Origin: Desulfurella sp.
GTDB lineage: Bacteria; Campylobacterota_A; Desulfurellia; Desulfurellales; Desulfurellaceae
Reading direction: 5' to 3'
Assembly (NCBI GenBank): GCA_031960885.1
Contig: JAVRLY010000010.1
Span: 1-28,534 of the forward strand
DNA length: 28,534 nucleotides
A program made the translations under genes and the position numbers. Of the stretch, positions 1 through 12,719 are shown in pieces. Numbering within the stretch: the stretch's first letter is position 1; each line of letters starts with the position of its first letter. The notes below the pieces were generated by a model. That model did no database searches, was not told where the DNA came from, and saw only the letters and a list, made by a program, of their open reading frames with translations.

Positions 1-17
1 AAAACAATTGAAACAAA

Positions 18-46
18 TTGACTTTTTTTTTTAAATTTGGTAATCT
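18..46 (+). promoter_or_regulatory. Putative sigma70 promoter of the atp operon
   Basis: TTGACT (18-23), 17-bp spacer, TAATCT (41-46) with extended -10 TG at 38-39; Shine-Dalgarno (SD) AAGGAGG at 62-68. Confidence 0.7.
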
Positions 47-73
47 ATCGCAGATTTTTGTAAGGAGGTGTAT

Positions 74-508
74 GTGATAAGCGTTAATTTGGTTTGGCAG
101 TTTATCTTAGCTCAAATGCTTGGTTTTGTTATTCTACTGTTTATACTTAATGTTCTTTTGTATAAGCCTGTGCTTGAAGTTATCAGAAAAAGGCGTGAAT
201 TTGTATCCAGTTTGTTGACTGAGAGCCAAAAACTTAAAGAAGAAGCAAAGTTAAAGCTCGAGCAATACAATCAAGAAAAATTAAATGCAGAAGAAGAAGG
301 CAAGAAGATATTTAATGCTATGCTTGAAGAAGCAAAGAAAATTAAAGAAGAAAAACTCTCTCAAATCAATGAATTATTTAAAAAAGAACAATTAGCATTC
401 TCTAAAAGCATTGAAAGCGATATAGAAAAAGAAGCCCAAAATATTGATGCTATTATAAATGATATATCCAGCCTCCTATTTAAAAATATAGTAAGAAGTG
501 AGGGTTAG
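74..508 (+). CDS. atpF': ATP synthase F0 subunit b'
   Basis: N-terminal TM segment ending LNVLLYKPV, then a charged coiled coil; first gene of the atp cluster. GTG at 74 is preferred over GTG at 68, which overlaps the SD. Confidence 0.88.
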   Translation: MISVNLVWQFILAQMLGFVILLFILNVLLYKPVLEVIRKRREFVSSLLTESQKLKEEAKLKLEQYNQEKLNAEEEGKKIFNAMLEEAKKIKEEKLSQINELFKKEQLAFSKSIESDIEKEAQNIDAIINDISSLLFKNIVRSEG

Positions 509-510
509 AC

Positions 511-1062
511 ATGAAATTCATCTATTCTTTGCTAATTTTAATCGCAACGCCAGTTGCAGCTTTTGCAAGTGAATCGGAGGCAGGCAGTTCTCATATGGTC
601 TGGCGTGTAATTGACTTTATTCTTTTTGCTGCTTTGATAGTTTACTTTGTTAGAAAACCCATTGTAAATTATTTCAAGAATCGAAAGAAACAAATATTTG
701 AAGAGATAGAAAATGCTAAAGCAGCAAAAGAAGAAGCTCAAAAAGCGCTAAGCGAAGTTCAAGTGCTGTTGTCTAAAATTTCAAGCGAGGTTGAAAATAT
801 TATAAAAATATACAGGCAAATGGGTGAAAAAGAAAAAGAAGATTACGCAAATGCTGCAAAAGATCTAGAGGAGATTTTTAAAAAACGCATAGAGCAAGAA
901 GAAGCTATGATTTTAAATAAATCTTACAAAAACTTTATCAATCAAATCATATCCAAAGCGATTTTAAAAGCAAAAGAGCAGTTTTCGTCTTTGAGCGAGC
1001 AGGATTTGCGCAGTATAAACAAGCGCTACTTTACATCTTTTGGGGTTGAATATGATAAATAA
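511..1062 (+). CDS. atpF: ATP synthase F0 subunit b
   Basis: Signal-like extension, TM segment WRVIDFILFAALIVYFVRKP, coiled coil; lies before the delta gene. Confidence 0.88.
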   Translation: MKFIYSLLILIATPVAAFASESEAGSSHMVWRVIDFILFAALIVYFVRKPIVNYFKNRKKQIFEEIENAKAAKEEAQKALSEVQVLLSKISSEVENIIKIYRQMGEKEKEDYANAAKDLEEIFKKRIEQEEAMILNKSYKNFINQIISKAILKAKEQFSSLSEQDLRSINKRYFTSFGVEYDK

Positions 1063-1591
1063 AATTATATCTTTGAGGTATGCAAGGGCTTTAGAAAAAG
1101 TCTGTAAAAGCGAATCTATTAGCCTAAATGATGCTTATGAAGATTTAAGCCAAGTTTGTTTGATTTTGCAAGAAAATAAAGATTTGTTTGAATTGCTAAA
1201 AGTTTCCATTTACCCTCTGGAAAACAAATTATCTATACTAAAAAACATATGTGATGGCTATGTTTTTGATTTGTTGAAGTTTATGGTTTCAAATGGCCGC
1301 ATAGGGTTTGTTTTTGATGTGCTTGAGAGTTTTAGACAGATAATGTTTCAAAGTCAAAACAAAGCGAAAGCTAGAGTAACAAGCGTAATTGATCTTATAG
1401 ACAGCGAAAAGAAAGTATTATCCGATATTTTTTCTAAAATTTCAGGCAAAATACTGGATTTTGAATTTTTTATCGATAAAAATTTGATTGGCGGCATTGT
1501 GGTCGAGATAGATGGTAAAGTCTACGATGGCAGTATAAAAACTTACTTGTCAAGTATTAGCAATAGACTAAATAATCTAAGCATTTCTTAA
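1052..1591 (+). CDS. atpH: ATP synthase F1 subunit delta
   Basis: RYARAL N-terminus and [19 protein letters not shown]-terminus. ATG at 1052 (GGGG upstream) is preferred to TTG at 1040. Confidence 0.93.
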   Translation: MINKIISLRYARALEKVCKSESISLNDAYEDLSQVCLILQENKDLFELLKVSIYPLENKLSILKNICDGYVFDLLKFMVSNGRIGFVFDVLESFRQIMFQSQNKAKARVTSVIDLIDSEKKVLSDIFSKISGKILDFEFFIDKNLIGGIVVEIDGKVYDGSIKTYLSSISNRLNNLSIS

Positions 1592-1602
1592 GGAGGAGAT
1601 GG

Positions 1603-3111
1603 ATGAATATCAAGCCAAGTGAAATTAGTGAAATAATCGCTAAAGAGATAGAAAAAGCGAAAGATTTTGTAGAAGTTAGCGAAGTTGGTAAAGTTTTAAG
1701 CGTTGGTGACGGTATAGCGCGTATTTATGGTCTTAAAAATGTAATGTCCAACGAGCTTATTGAGTTCCAAAATGGCGTAATTGGTATGGCCCTAAACTTA
1801 GAAGAAGACAATGTAGGCGCTGTTATATTAGGTGAAGACACTGGCATAAAAGAAGGTGATTCTGTAAAAAGAACAGGCAAAATTACGCAGGTGCCAGTAG
1901 GAGAAGCTCTAGTTGGTCGAATAGTTGATGCATTAGGTAACCCCATTGATGGTATGGGTCCAATTAATGCAAAAGACTACAGGAGAGTTGAAATTAAAGC
2001 ACCAGGCATCGTAAAAAGACAGCCGGTTAAAGAGCCGCTTCAAACAGGCATAAAGGCGATAGATACTATGATACCAATTGGTCGTGGACAAAGGGAATTA
2101 ATTATAGGCGACAGACAAGTAGGCAAAACGCAAATAGCGCTTGACACTATAGTAAATCAAAAAGGCGAAAATGTTTACTGTATATATGTGGCAATTGGAC
2201 AAAAGCGATCTACAATAGCAAGAATTAAAAAGCAACTTGAAGACTTGGGCGCTATGGAATATACAACGATAGTTGCAGCTACAGCATCAGACCCTGCGCC
2301 ATTGCAGTATTTGGCTCCCTACACCGGTGTTACAATGGGAGAGCATTTTAGAGACAGCAGCAAGCATTCACTGTTGATTTATGATGATTTAAGCAAACAT
2401 GCTCAAGCATACAGGCAAATGTCTCTATTGCTTAGAAGACCGCCGGGCAGGGAAGCATACCCTGGCGATGTATTTTATCTACACTCAAGGCTTTTGGAGC
2501 GTGCTGCAAAATTATCTGACGAGCTTGGCGGAGGTTCTTTAACAGCTTTGCCAATTATTGAAACTCAAGCAGGCGATATTTCAGCCTACATTCCAACAAA
2601 CGTTATATCAATAACAGATGGTCAGATATTTCTTGAAGCGGATTTGTTTTACGCAGGTATTAGGCCGGCAGTTAACGTAGGTTTATCTGTATCAAGGGTT
2701 GGTGGCTCAGCTCAAATTAAAGCCATGAAACAGGTTGCTGGCATGCTTAGGCTCTCTTTGGCTCAATATAGAGAACTAGCAGCGTTTGCCCAGTTTGGCA
2801 GCGATCTTGATAAAGTAACGCTCCAGCAACTAAACAGAGGTTCAAAACTTGCCGAAGTTTTGAAACAACCACCATTTGCGCCTCTTCCTGTATATAAGCA
2901 AATTCTTATTGTGTATGCGGGAAACAATGGCTTTCTTGATGATTTACCAAATAAGGCTCTAAAGAAATATGAAGAAGAGATGTATAAATTTATTGAAACA
3001 AAATATCCAGATATTTTCAAAGAGATTAAAGAGAAAAAAGCAATCGGCGATGATTTGAAAGCAAAAATTGATAAAGCTTTAGAAGAATTTAAGTCGATAT
3101 TTAAGGCTTGA
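1603..3111 (+). CDS. atpA: ATP synthase F1 subunit alpha
   Basis: [53 protein letters not shown]. Confidence 0.99.
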   Translation: MNIKPSEISEIIAKEIEKAKDFVEVSEVGKVLSVGDGIARIYGLKNVMSNELIEFQNGVIGMALNLEEDNVGAVILGEDTGIKEGDSVKRTGKITQVPVGEALVGRIVDALGNPIDGMGPINAKDYRRVEIKAPGIVKRQPVKEPLQTGIKAIDTMIPIGRGQRELIIGDRQVGKTQIALDTIVNQKGENVYCIYVAIGQKRSTIARIKKQLEDLGAMEYTTIVAATASDPAPLQYLAPYTGVTMGEHFRDSSKHSLLIYDDLSKHAQAYRQMSLLLRRPPGREAYPGDVFYLHSRLLERAAKLSDELGGGSLTALPIIETQAGDISAYIPTNVISITDGQIFLEADLFYAGIRPAVNVGLSVSRVGGSAQIKAMKQVAGMLRLSLAQYRELAAFAQFGSDLDKVTLQQLNRGSKLAEVLKQPPFAPLPVYKQILIVYAGNNGFLDDLPNKALKKYEEEMYKFIETKYPDIFKEIKEKKAIGDDLKAKIDKALEEFKSIFKA

Positions 3112-3119
3112 GGTAGATT

Positions 3120-5413
<2,294 letters not shown>

Positions 5414-5415
5414 TT

Positions 5416-5826
5416 ATGGATAAAATACTTTGCACAATAGTTACACCTGAAAAAGTTATAGCAAGCAAAGAAATCGACCAGGTAATAGCCCCAGGCGCAA
5501 GCGGTGAGTTTGGCATACTGCCAAACCACGTGCCTTTTATCAGTATATTGGATATAGGGGTTATAAAGCTTTTATATGAAAATATGCAAGATAAGTATGT
5601 AATTGGAGGTGGATATTTAGAATTTGATAACAACAGCGCGAATATTCTTTGTGATGAAGTATTTAGTAAAAACAATATTACAAAAGAAGAAGCTTCTAAA
5701 GCGCTAAACGAATTAGAATCAAAATTAAAAGAAGAAACGCCAAATACGCCGGAGTATGAAAGCATATACAAGGATTTAATGAAGTACAGATACATACTAA
5801 ATGTTTTATTTGAAGGAGAAAAATAA
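5416..5826 (+). CDS. atpC: ATP synthase F1 subunit epsilon
   Basis: IVTPEK, PGASGEFGILPNHVP, GGYLE; follows atpD. Confidence 0.95.
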   Translation: MDKILCTIVTPEKVIASKEIDQVIAPGASGEFGILPNHVPFISILDIGVIKLLYENMQDKYVIGGGYLEFDNNSANILCDEVFSKNNITKEEASKALNELESKLKEETPNTPEYESIYKDLMKYRYILNVLFEGEK

Positions 5827-6395
5827 TGTCTTCTAGCATTGGGTTTGAACATATTGGTGCTATAGCTATTATTGTTTTGGGTGTATTACTTGTAATGTCA
5901 ATTATTTCATGGACTATTATGATTTACAAATGGATACAATTATCATCATTAAAGTCTAGAAATAATGTGTTTTTGGAAAGATACATAGATGGCGAAAGTG
6001 AAAGTACCCTTAATAGTTTTGCACGAATAAATGAATCTTTGAATGCAAAAGTTTATATGTTAAGTAAACAATCATTGTCTGTTTCAAAAGCTTATTTGAC
6101 AAAAGAAGTTAATCATTTAGAAAGGGGTTTTAGTATTTTAGCTTCCGTAGGTTCAACAGCACCTTTTATCGGATTGTTTGGTACAATATGGGGTATTATA
6201 AATTCTTTTAGAAGTATAGGTTTGTCTGATTCAACGAGCATAAGTGTAGTAGCGCCTGGTATATCAGAAGCATTGATTACAACTGCGGCTGGTATATTTG
6301 TAGCAGTAGTAGCAGTAATTGGCTATAACTTACTCTATTCTTTATATACTTCAATAATTAGAGAAACAGAAAATTTTTTAGAGGCTATTAAATGA
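5826..6395 (+). CDS. tolQ: TolQ (MotA/TolQ/ExbB proton channel)
   Basis: GSTAPFIGLFGTIWGII and VAPGISEALITTAAG; upstream of tolR/A/B-pal. Confidence 0.9.
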   Translation: MSSSIGFEHIGAIAIIVLGVLLVMSIISWTIMIYKWIQLSSLKSRNNVFLERYIDGESESTLNSFARINESLNAKVYMLSKQSLSVSKAYLTKEVNHLERGFSILASVGSTAPFIGLFGTIWGIINSFRSIGLSDSTSISVVAPGISEALITTAAGIFVAVVAVIGYNLLYSLYTSIIRETENFLEAIK

Positions 6396-6790
6396 AATTT
6401 AATGGATCAAAAAGTATTTTTTCAGACATTAATATAACGCCATTAGTTGATGTAATGTTAGTACTGCTTGTAATTTTTATGGTTACAACACCAATGTTAG
6501 TTAAAGGTATAAAGGTAAATTTACCTAAAACACATTCAGGTAGCACCAACATTACAAAAAAAGATTTAATTGTAAGTATAGACAAAGAGGGTAGAATATA
6601 TTTAAACAAGAATCAAACTGATTTAGATGGCTTAAGAAAAGCATTTGAAGACAATCGTGGGAATGAAGTCGTAATAGAAGCAGACAAAGCTATTGAATAT
6701 GGTCTTGTAGTTAGAATCATTGATATTGCCAAGCAAAGCGGCATTGAAAAAGTTGGTCTTGCAACGACAAATAAGTCAAATAAAGAATAA
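6392..6790 (+). CDS. tolR: TolR (ExbD/TolR family)
   Basis: INITPLVDVMLVLLVIFMVTTP; ATGA-type overlap with tolQ. Confidence 0.9.
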   Translation: MKFNGSKSIFSDINITPLVDVMLVLLVIFMVTTPMLVKGIKVNLPKTHSGSTNITKKDLIVSIDKEGRIYLNKNQTDLDGLRKAFEDNRGNEVVIEADKAIEYGLVVRIIDIAKQSGIEKVGLATTNKSNKE

Positions 6791-6796
6791 AATAAA

Positions 6797-7645
6797 ATGA
6801 AATTAGCTAGCTTTTTCATATCTTTGCTTATACATATAATAATTATTGGGCTTCTTTTTTTGTTATTTAGAAGTGTTGTTACACATACATCGCCTACGTA
6901 TACTGTGAGTTTGCTGACACCAGGTGAGGGTAGGGCAGGCAATCAAAATACTATTATGCCCCTAAATACATCACCTAAAGAAAAACCATCTCCTGCCACC
7001 ATTCTTCCTCCAAAAATAAACAAAGAAATAAAAAAGGAAGAAGAACAAATTCCACAAAAAATACAAAAAACTGAAGAACAAAATAAAACAGTGGCAAAGC
7101 CAGTTAAAGAGATTGAAAAAAAACAAAAAAATATTGAAAAACCAAAAATTGAAAATCAAAAAGAAGTACAAAGAAATATACAAAACAAAATTCAACAACT
7201 AAAAGCAAAAGCATTTCAAGAAAAAATTACTCAATTAAAAGAAGCCATGCTTGAAAATAAAATTAGAGAAATTGCGCAACAGATTAAAGAAAATTCGCAG
7301 AATCAATCAGGTATAGGAAATATTAGAGCACAAGGAAGTGGAGTAGGAAGCCAAGATAAACTTTTTTCTGATTATTTGTCTGTAGTACAAGGTATAATTC
7401 ATTCTAATTGGTTTGTTGACCAAAATTTATTGCCCAACAATAAATTAGTAGCACGCGTTGAAATCACAATTGATCCAAATGGAAAAATAATTAAGGCAAA
7501 TATTATAAAATCAAGTGGAAATCTATACTATGATAGAACTGTTATAAATGCAATCAACAGCTCTACTTTACCACCTGTGCCACAGAGATATTTAAATGCT
7601 CGAAATGATCTTGACTTAGTTTTAAATTTCTTTATAAAAGATTAA
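6797..7645 (+). CDS. tolA: TolA (TonB C-terminal domain energy transducer)
   Basis: N-terminal anchor with SLLIH motif, K/E/Q-rich linker, C-terminal domain (IHSNW...SSGNLYYD); between tolR and tolB. Confidence 0.8.
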   Translation: MKLASFFISLLIHIIIIGLLFLLFRSVVTHTSPTYTVSLLTPGEGRAGNQNTIMPLNTSPKEKPSPATILPPKINKEIKKEEEQIPQKIQKTEEQNKTVAKPVKEIEKKQKNIEKPKIENQKEVQRNIQNKIQQLKAKAFQEKITQLKEAMLENKIREIAQQIKENSQNQSGIGNIRAQGSGVGSQDKLFSDYLSVVQGIIHSNWFVDQNLLPNNKLVARVEITIDPNGKIIKANIIKSSGNLYYDRTVINAINSSTLPPVPQRYLNARNDLDLVLNFFIKD

Positions 7646-7658
7646 GGAGGCATTGGAA

Positions 7659-8897
7659 ATGAGAAAAATTGTATTTTTAGTTATATCTTTTTTTTTGGCG
7701 GTAAGTTCTTCTTATGCTCAAAATTATGAACTAAATATTACGAACCCAAATTACCAGAAAATAATAATAAATGTTTATAATCTCGAATCTTCTAATCCCG
7801 AGCTAGCAAAAAAAGTAAAGAATGTGATAGTAAGAGATCTAAACATGAGTGGTTTTTACCAGGCAAATAATATTAATTCTACTCTTAGCAATCCTTCAGA
7901 TATTAATGGTTGCAATTATGCATTTTACGGTAGCGTAAGTGGCAGTGACAACAATGTTATATTGAATGCTGAAGTTTACAATGTACAAAATCAAAAAGTT
8001 GTTATAAATACAAAAATTACATCCAACAATTTTGCTTGGGTTTCGCATAAATTAGTTGATAATTTTATGTTATATGATACTGGCATATATGGTCCATTTG
8101 AGAGTAAAATTATATTTTCAGCGGGAAACCGTAAAGTTAAGAATTTATATATAGCTGATTTTGATGGAGAAAATATACATCAAATTACACAATACAATAC
8201 TAATTTATTGCTTCCAATGTGGACTACTGACAATGAAGTTAGTTTTACTGGCTACCTAAAGCAATATCCAAGCGTATATTTATTGAATTTGTCTAATGCC
8301 CATCTTACAAATCTATACTCAAACTCGAATTTTAGCGAAAATGCCACATATTATAAAAATGGCTTATATGCAGTCTCAATCAATAAAAACTCTAATATAA
8401 ATATTTATTTGGTAAATAAATCCGGTCAAATCGAAAAACAATTGACAAATAATAATGGCATTGCTATATCACCGTATTTTACACCTGATTTATCAAAAAT
8501 GCTCTATGTTTCAAACTCAGAAGGCTCACCCCAAATTTATTCTTTAGATTTGGGTTTAGGTGTTTCAACTAGATTAACGTTTGATTGCCCAAATTCACAG
8601 TCACCTGCTGTTTCGCCAGACGGCACAAAGATAGCTTATATTTGTGCAGGTTCAAATTTTTCTTTAAATATAATGGGTATAAATGGCGGAAATAGTGAAA
8701 ATATCATAAGTTCTTACTACATTGATTCTCCTAGTTGGTCGTATGATTCAAGGTACGTCGCCGCCTATGGAAGTATTGACTCTAAAGAAGGAATATATAT
8801 AATTAATACAATTAATGGTAATTTTTCACTTGCAATTGGAGCTAATAAGTTGTATTCTGATTTTGGCGGATTAGATGTTAGTAAAAAAATAAATTAA
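7659..8897 (+). CDS. tolB: TolB beta-propeller protein
   Basis: Signal peptide, DLNMSG, IADFDGEN, PD40-like repeats (SPYFTPD, SPAVSPDG, SPSWSYD). ATG at 7659 lies 8 nt after AAGGAGG. Confidence 0.88.
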   Translation: MRKIVFLVISFFLAVSSSYAQNYELNITNPNYQKIIINVYNLESSNPELAKKVKNVIVRDLNMSGFYQANNINSTLSNPSDINGCNYAFYGSVSGSDNNVILNAEVYNVQNQKVVINTKITSNNFAWVSHKLVDNFMLYDTGIYGPFESKIIFSAGNRKVKNLYIADFDGENIHQITQYNTNLLLPMWTTDNEVSFTGYLKQYPSVYLLNLSNAHLTNLYSNSNFSENATYYKNGLYAVSINKNSNINIYLVNKSGQIEKQLTNNNGIAISPYFTPDLSKMLYVSNSEGSPQIYSLDLGLGVSTRLTFDCPNSQSPAVSPDGTKIAYICAGSNFSLNIMGINGGNSENIISSYYIDSPSWSYDSRYVAAYGSIDSKEGIYIINTINGNFSLAIGANKLYSDFGGLDVSKKIN

Positions 8898-8909
8898 GGA
8901 GGTATTGTT

Positions 8910-9458
8910 ATGAAAAAGACTTATCTTTCACTTGCAGCAATTGTTAGTGCATCGTTTTTGGCTTACAGTTGTAGTTGCACAACACCAAAGAAACCAGTAG
9001 CCGAGGCACCGGCGCCTGTTAAGCAAGAAGTTCAGCAACCAGTTGAAAAAGCAGCACCAGTAGCTCAACCGCAGGTAAATGAAGAGGAAATGCTAAAGGA
9101 AATCTTTCAGCGTATTCACTTTAACTTTGATAAATCAAACTTAACGCAAATTGACAAATGGGGTATAAATCAAAATGTTCCAAAAGTTTTAGACGGTATA
9201 GCTGATTATATGGCAAAAAATCCTGCTATTAAGGTTAAGATTGAAGGTAACTGCGATGAGCGTGGTACAGAAGCTTACAACTTGGCCTTAGGTCAAAGAA
9301 GAGCAGATTCTGCAAAGAATTATCTAGTAATGCATGGCATAGCAGCAGATAGAATTGAAACACTTAGCAACGGCAAACTAAAGCCAGTGGATCCAGCTCA
9401 CAATGAATATGCTTGGGCTAAAAACAGAAACGATCAGTTTGTTATTTTATCAAAATAA
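8910..9458 (+). CDS. pal: Peptidoglycan-associated lipoprotein Pal
   Basis: Lipoprotein signal (LAYSC), IHFNFDK, IEGNCDERGTEAYNLALGQRRA. Confidence 0.95.
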   Translation: MKKTYLSLAAIVSASFLAYSCSCTTPKKPVAEAPAPVKQEVQQPVEKAAPVAQPQVNEEEMLKEIFQRIHFNFDKSNLTQIDKWGINQNVPKVLDGIADYMAKNPAIKVKIEGNCDERGTEAYNLALGQRRADSAKNYLVMHGIAADRIETLSNGKLKPVDPAHNEYAWAKNRNDQFVILSK

Positions 9459-9473
9459 TTTTTAGGTGAGACT

Positions 9474-10217
9474 ATGAAAAAGGTCTTAGTAGCTTTTGGT
9501 GTTGTACTTAGTCTATCTTGTAGTGCTTTTGCTCAAGAAAATCCATATAGTTCGCAGTTAGATCAAATATCAAAAAATACGCAAGATATTAAAACACTTC
9601 AGTCTAACCAAGCAAATCTATATCTAAAAATTGAAGATCTACTTGTAAAGTATGGTGAATTAAAAGGCAGAATAGATGATTTAGCAAGGAAGATTGAAAA
9701 CTTGCAAAACAACAGTGGTTCTTCACCAGAAATTAAAAGTCAGCTTGACAAATTACAAGCAGAAGTAAGTGCTCTAAAGCAGCAAGTTTCACCTCAGGCC
9801 TTACCATCTACTCAAACTGTTACTCCTCAAGCATCGACTATTTCGCCAGAAGAATCTGATTTTAAAAAAGCAAAAGCTCTATTTGATTCTAAAGAGTACA
9901 ACCAGGCTATTAAGGCCTTTAGCAGTTTTCAAACAACATACAAGAATTCAAAATTAAACGACCAAGTTTTATACTACATAGCTGATAGTTACTATAACCT
10001 AAAAATCTATGATAAAGCTATTATTAATTTTGACCAAATTGTTAATGCATATCCGAAAAGCAAGATTGCAAGCAAAGCTATGCTAAAAGAAGGTTTATCG
10101 TTTATTAATCTTGGGGATAAAATTGATGGGCGTTTCTTACTAGAAAAAGTTATAAAACTCTATCCTAATTCACCAGAAGCCAAAGAAGCAAAAATATACC
10201 TAGATAAAACTAAATGA
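9474..10217 (+). CDS. cpoB: Cell division coordinator CpoB/YbgF (coiled coil plus TPR)
   Basis: Signal peptide, coiled coil and C-terminal TPR repeats (YPKS, YPNSPEA); follows pal. Confidence 0.85.
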   Translation: MKKVLVAFGVVLSLSCSAFAQENPYSSQLDQISKNTQDIKTLQSNQANLYLKIEDLLVKYGELKGRIDDLARKIENLQNNSGSSPEIKSQLDKLQAEVSALKQQVSPQALPSTQTVTPQASTISPEESDFKKAKALFDSKEYNQAIKAFSSFQTTYKNSKLNDQVLYYIADSYYNLKIYDKAIINFDQIVNAYPKSKIASKAMLKEGLSFINLGDKIDGRFLLEKVIKLYPNSPEAKEAKIYLDKTK

Positions 10218-10221
10218 TAAA

Positions 10222-12093
10222 ATGATAGAGACAATCAATTCACCTAGTGATTTAAAAAAGTTAAATCTAAAAGATTTGAGTATATTATCAAATGAGATTA
10301 GGGGTCTTATAATTGATGTTGTATCTAAGAATGGTGGGCATTTAGCATCTTCTTTGGGAGCAGTTGAATTAACGCTTGCTTTGCATTATGTATTTAATAC
10401 ACCAAAAGATGCAATTGTTTGGGATGTAGGTCATCAAGCATATGCGCATAAAATTATCACTGGCAGAAAGGACGTTTTTAAAACGTTGAGAACTTATTGT
10501 GGCATAAGCGGTTTTCCTAAAATTACAGAAAGTGTATATGATACGTTTAATGTAGGCCATGCAAGCACTGCTGTGTCTGCTGCTTTAGGCATGGTTACAG
10601 CAAAGGATATACTAAATGTTAAAGAAAAAGTCATAGCTGTCATTGGTGATGGTGCTTTAACCAGCGGCATTACGTTTGAAGCATTAAACAATTCTGGAGA
10701 GCTAGACAAAGACTTAATCGTAGTATTAAACGATAACAAAATGTCTATATCAAAATCTTTGGGGGCAATATCCACATACCTAACAAAAAGGTTAACAGGC
10801 CCTACTTACAATACCCTAAGAAAAGAGATAGAAAAAGCCATCAAAGGTTTTCCTGTTTTGAATGAGCCTGCTTTAAGGTTGGCGAAAAAAATTGAAGAAT
10901 CTTTTAAATTTTTCTCGCCTGGGCTATTATTTGAGGAATTTGGGTTTAAATATTTTGGCCCTATTGATGGAGAAGATATAGAAAATTTGGTTACAATATT
11001 TGAAAATGTCAAGAATTTAAGAGGTCCAATATTTGTTCATGTACTAACAAAGAAAGGCAAAGGTTACAAGTTTGCAGAAGAAAATCCATCAAAATTTCAC
11101 GGCATCGGTCCTTTTGATATAGCAACTGGAAAAACATTAGATGAAAACAAAGCGCCTAGTTATTCTTCTATTTTTGGCAATAGTGTTATTGATATTATGA
11201 AAAATAACCAAAAAGTTGTTGCCATAAGCGCAGCTATGTTAATTGGTACTGGTCTTGAAAAAGCCAAAAGTCAATTTCCTAATAGAGTTTTTGATGTTGG
11301 CATTGCAGAACAACATGCCGTTACATTTGCAGGAGGTCTTGCTATATCAGGCGTTAAGCCAATTGTAGCCATATACTCAACATTTTTACAACGTGCATAT
11401 GATCAGATTATACATGATATAGCATTACAAAAACTTAATGTGATTTTTGCCATAGATAGAGCAGGTATAGTGGGAGATGATGGAGAAACCCACCAAGGTA
11501 TATTCGATGTGTCTTATCTGAATCTGATACCCAATATGACTATTGTTGCACCAAAAGATGCAATTGAGCTTGATGCTTTATTGAGATTTGCAATTGATGG
11601 TGATTATGGGCCCTTTGCTATTAGATATCCAAGAGGTGAATCTGTCAATTTTGGACATGAGTTTGCGGATGCTATAGAATATGGCAAATGGCAGGTTTTA
11701 AATGAGTCAAAATCGCCAGATGTTTGTATAATCACATATGGCAATTGTGTAAAATATGCAATGCAATCTCTACATGAGTTAAAAGATAAAAATATTAATC
11801 CACATATTGTAAACGCAAGGTTTATTAAACCCTTTGATAATAAAATGTTTTTAGAAATTCTAGACAGGTTTGAAAATATCGTTATTATGGAAGAAAATAC
11901 ATATATTGGCTCATTGGGACAAAGCTTAATATACTTTGCTTATTTGAGTAAAAAATCAAAAATCCCAAACATTGTCCATATGGCACTAAGCGATGCGTTT
12001 ATAGAGCAGGGCGAGCCAGAATTTTTAAGAAAAAAATATGGCTTATCCACCGAAAACTTGGTTAAAACAGTCTGTGATCTTCTAAAAAAATAG
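10222..12093 (+). CDS. dxs: 1-deoxy-D-xylulose-5-phosphate synthase
   Basis: GGHLASSLGAVEL, WDVGHQAY, TPP motif GDGALT...LNDN, DVGIAEQHA, DRAGIVGDDGETHQG, IRYPRG. Confidence 0.98.
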   Translation: MIETINSPSDLKKLNLKDLSILSNEIRGLIIDVVSKNGGHLASSLGAVELTLALHYVFNTPKDAIVWDVGHQAYAHKIITGRKDVFKTLRTYCGISGFPKITESVYDTFNVGHASTAVSAALGMVTAKDILNVKEKVIAVIGDGALTSGITFEALNNSGELDKDLIVVLNDNKMSISKSLGAISTYLTKRLTGPTYNTLRKEIEKAIKGFPVLNEPALRLAKKIEESFKFFSPGLLFEEFGFKYFGPIDGEDIENLVTIFENVKNLRGPIFVHVLTKKGKGYKFAEENPSKFHGIGPFDIATGKTLDENKAPSYSSIFGNSVIDIMKNNQKVVAISAAMLIGTGLEKAKSQFPNRVFDVGIAEQHAVTFAGGLAISGVKPIVAIYSTFLQRAYDQIIHDIALQKLNVIFAIDRAGIVGDDGETHQGIFDVSYLNLIPNMTIVAPKDAIELDALLRFAIDGDYGPFAIRYPRGESVNFGHEFADAIEYGKWQVLNESKSPDVCIITYGNCVKYAMQSLHELKDKNINPHIVNARFIKPFDNKMFLEILDRFENIVIMEENTYIGSLGQSLIYFAYLSKKSKIPNIVHMALSDAFIEQGEPEFLRKKYGLSTENLVKTVCDLLKK

Positions 12094-12715
12094 GTGATTT
12101 AAGCGTTATATACGTTTTAGCAAGATATTTGGCTTCTATAATGCAAGACTTTGAGATAGTATTTTTCTTTCCATAAATCGGTTGAATTGTTTTCACACCA
12201 AAACCATTAGAATTTAAAACATTTAAAAGCTCATATAGTCTAGTAGGGTGAAATGCAAGGCGATAAAGCGCATTATGTTTCATTTTTGGTTTTATACTCT
12301 TAATTATTTCTGATAGTGGCGTGTGTTCAAACTTTTGAGATTCATACTTCTTAGATACTCTAAAGCTTGACTTCGTATAAAATGGCGGGTTGCTTATAGC
12401 TAAATCAAGGCTAACGTTTGGCACTTTTTCTATACTATAAATTATTTCTATATTTGCCGTTTGATTCAATTTTATATTTTCTTTTATCAATTCGATGTAC
12501 TCTTGATTATTTTCTAATGCGAAAATCTTTTCAAATGATGCATTTTTTGACAATAAAATTGCAATAATGCCACAACCGCTGCCAATATCTATAGCTACTT
12601 TGTATCTTTTTGTGTTTTCAATATTTGCTAAATAAAAAGGTTCAAAACTAAATCTGTAACCATTTTTTGGCTGATAAATCTTAAATGATCCAAAATCACA
12701 CAGCTCAATTTCCAT
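12062..12715 (-). CDS. SAM-dependent methyltransferase, tRNA1(Val) A37-N6 methylase (TrmN6/YfiC)-like
   Basis: YQPKNGYRFS, motif I DIGSGCG, motif IV SNPPFY. Confidence 0.78.
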   Translation of the reverse strand: MEIELCDFGSFKIYQPKNGYRFSFEPFYLANIENTKRYKVAIDIGSGCGIIAILLSKNASFEKIFALENNQEYIELIKENIKLNQTANIEIIYSIEKVPNVSLDLAISNPPFYTKSSFRVSKKYESQKFEHTPLSEIIKSIKPKMKHNALYRLAFHPTRLYELLNVLNSNGFGVKTIQPIYGKKNTISKSCIIEAKYLAKTYITLKSPIFLEDHRLF

Positions 12716-12719
12716 ATTT

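Noticed and set aside
7000..7290. A-rich, repetitive-looking DNA in tolA
   Set aside because: Explained by the K/E/Q-rich linker; no discrete tandem repeat or CRISPR periodicity.
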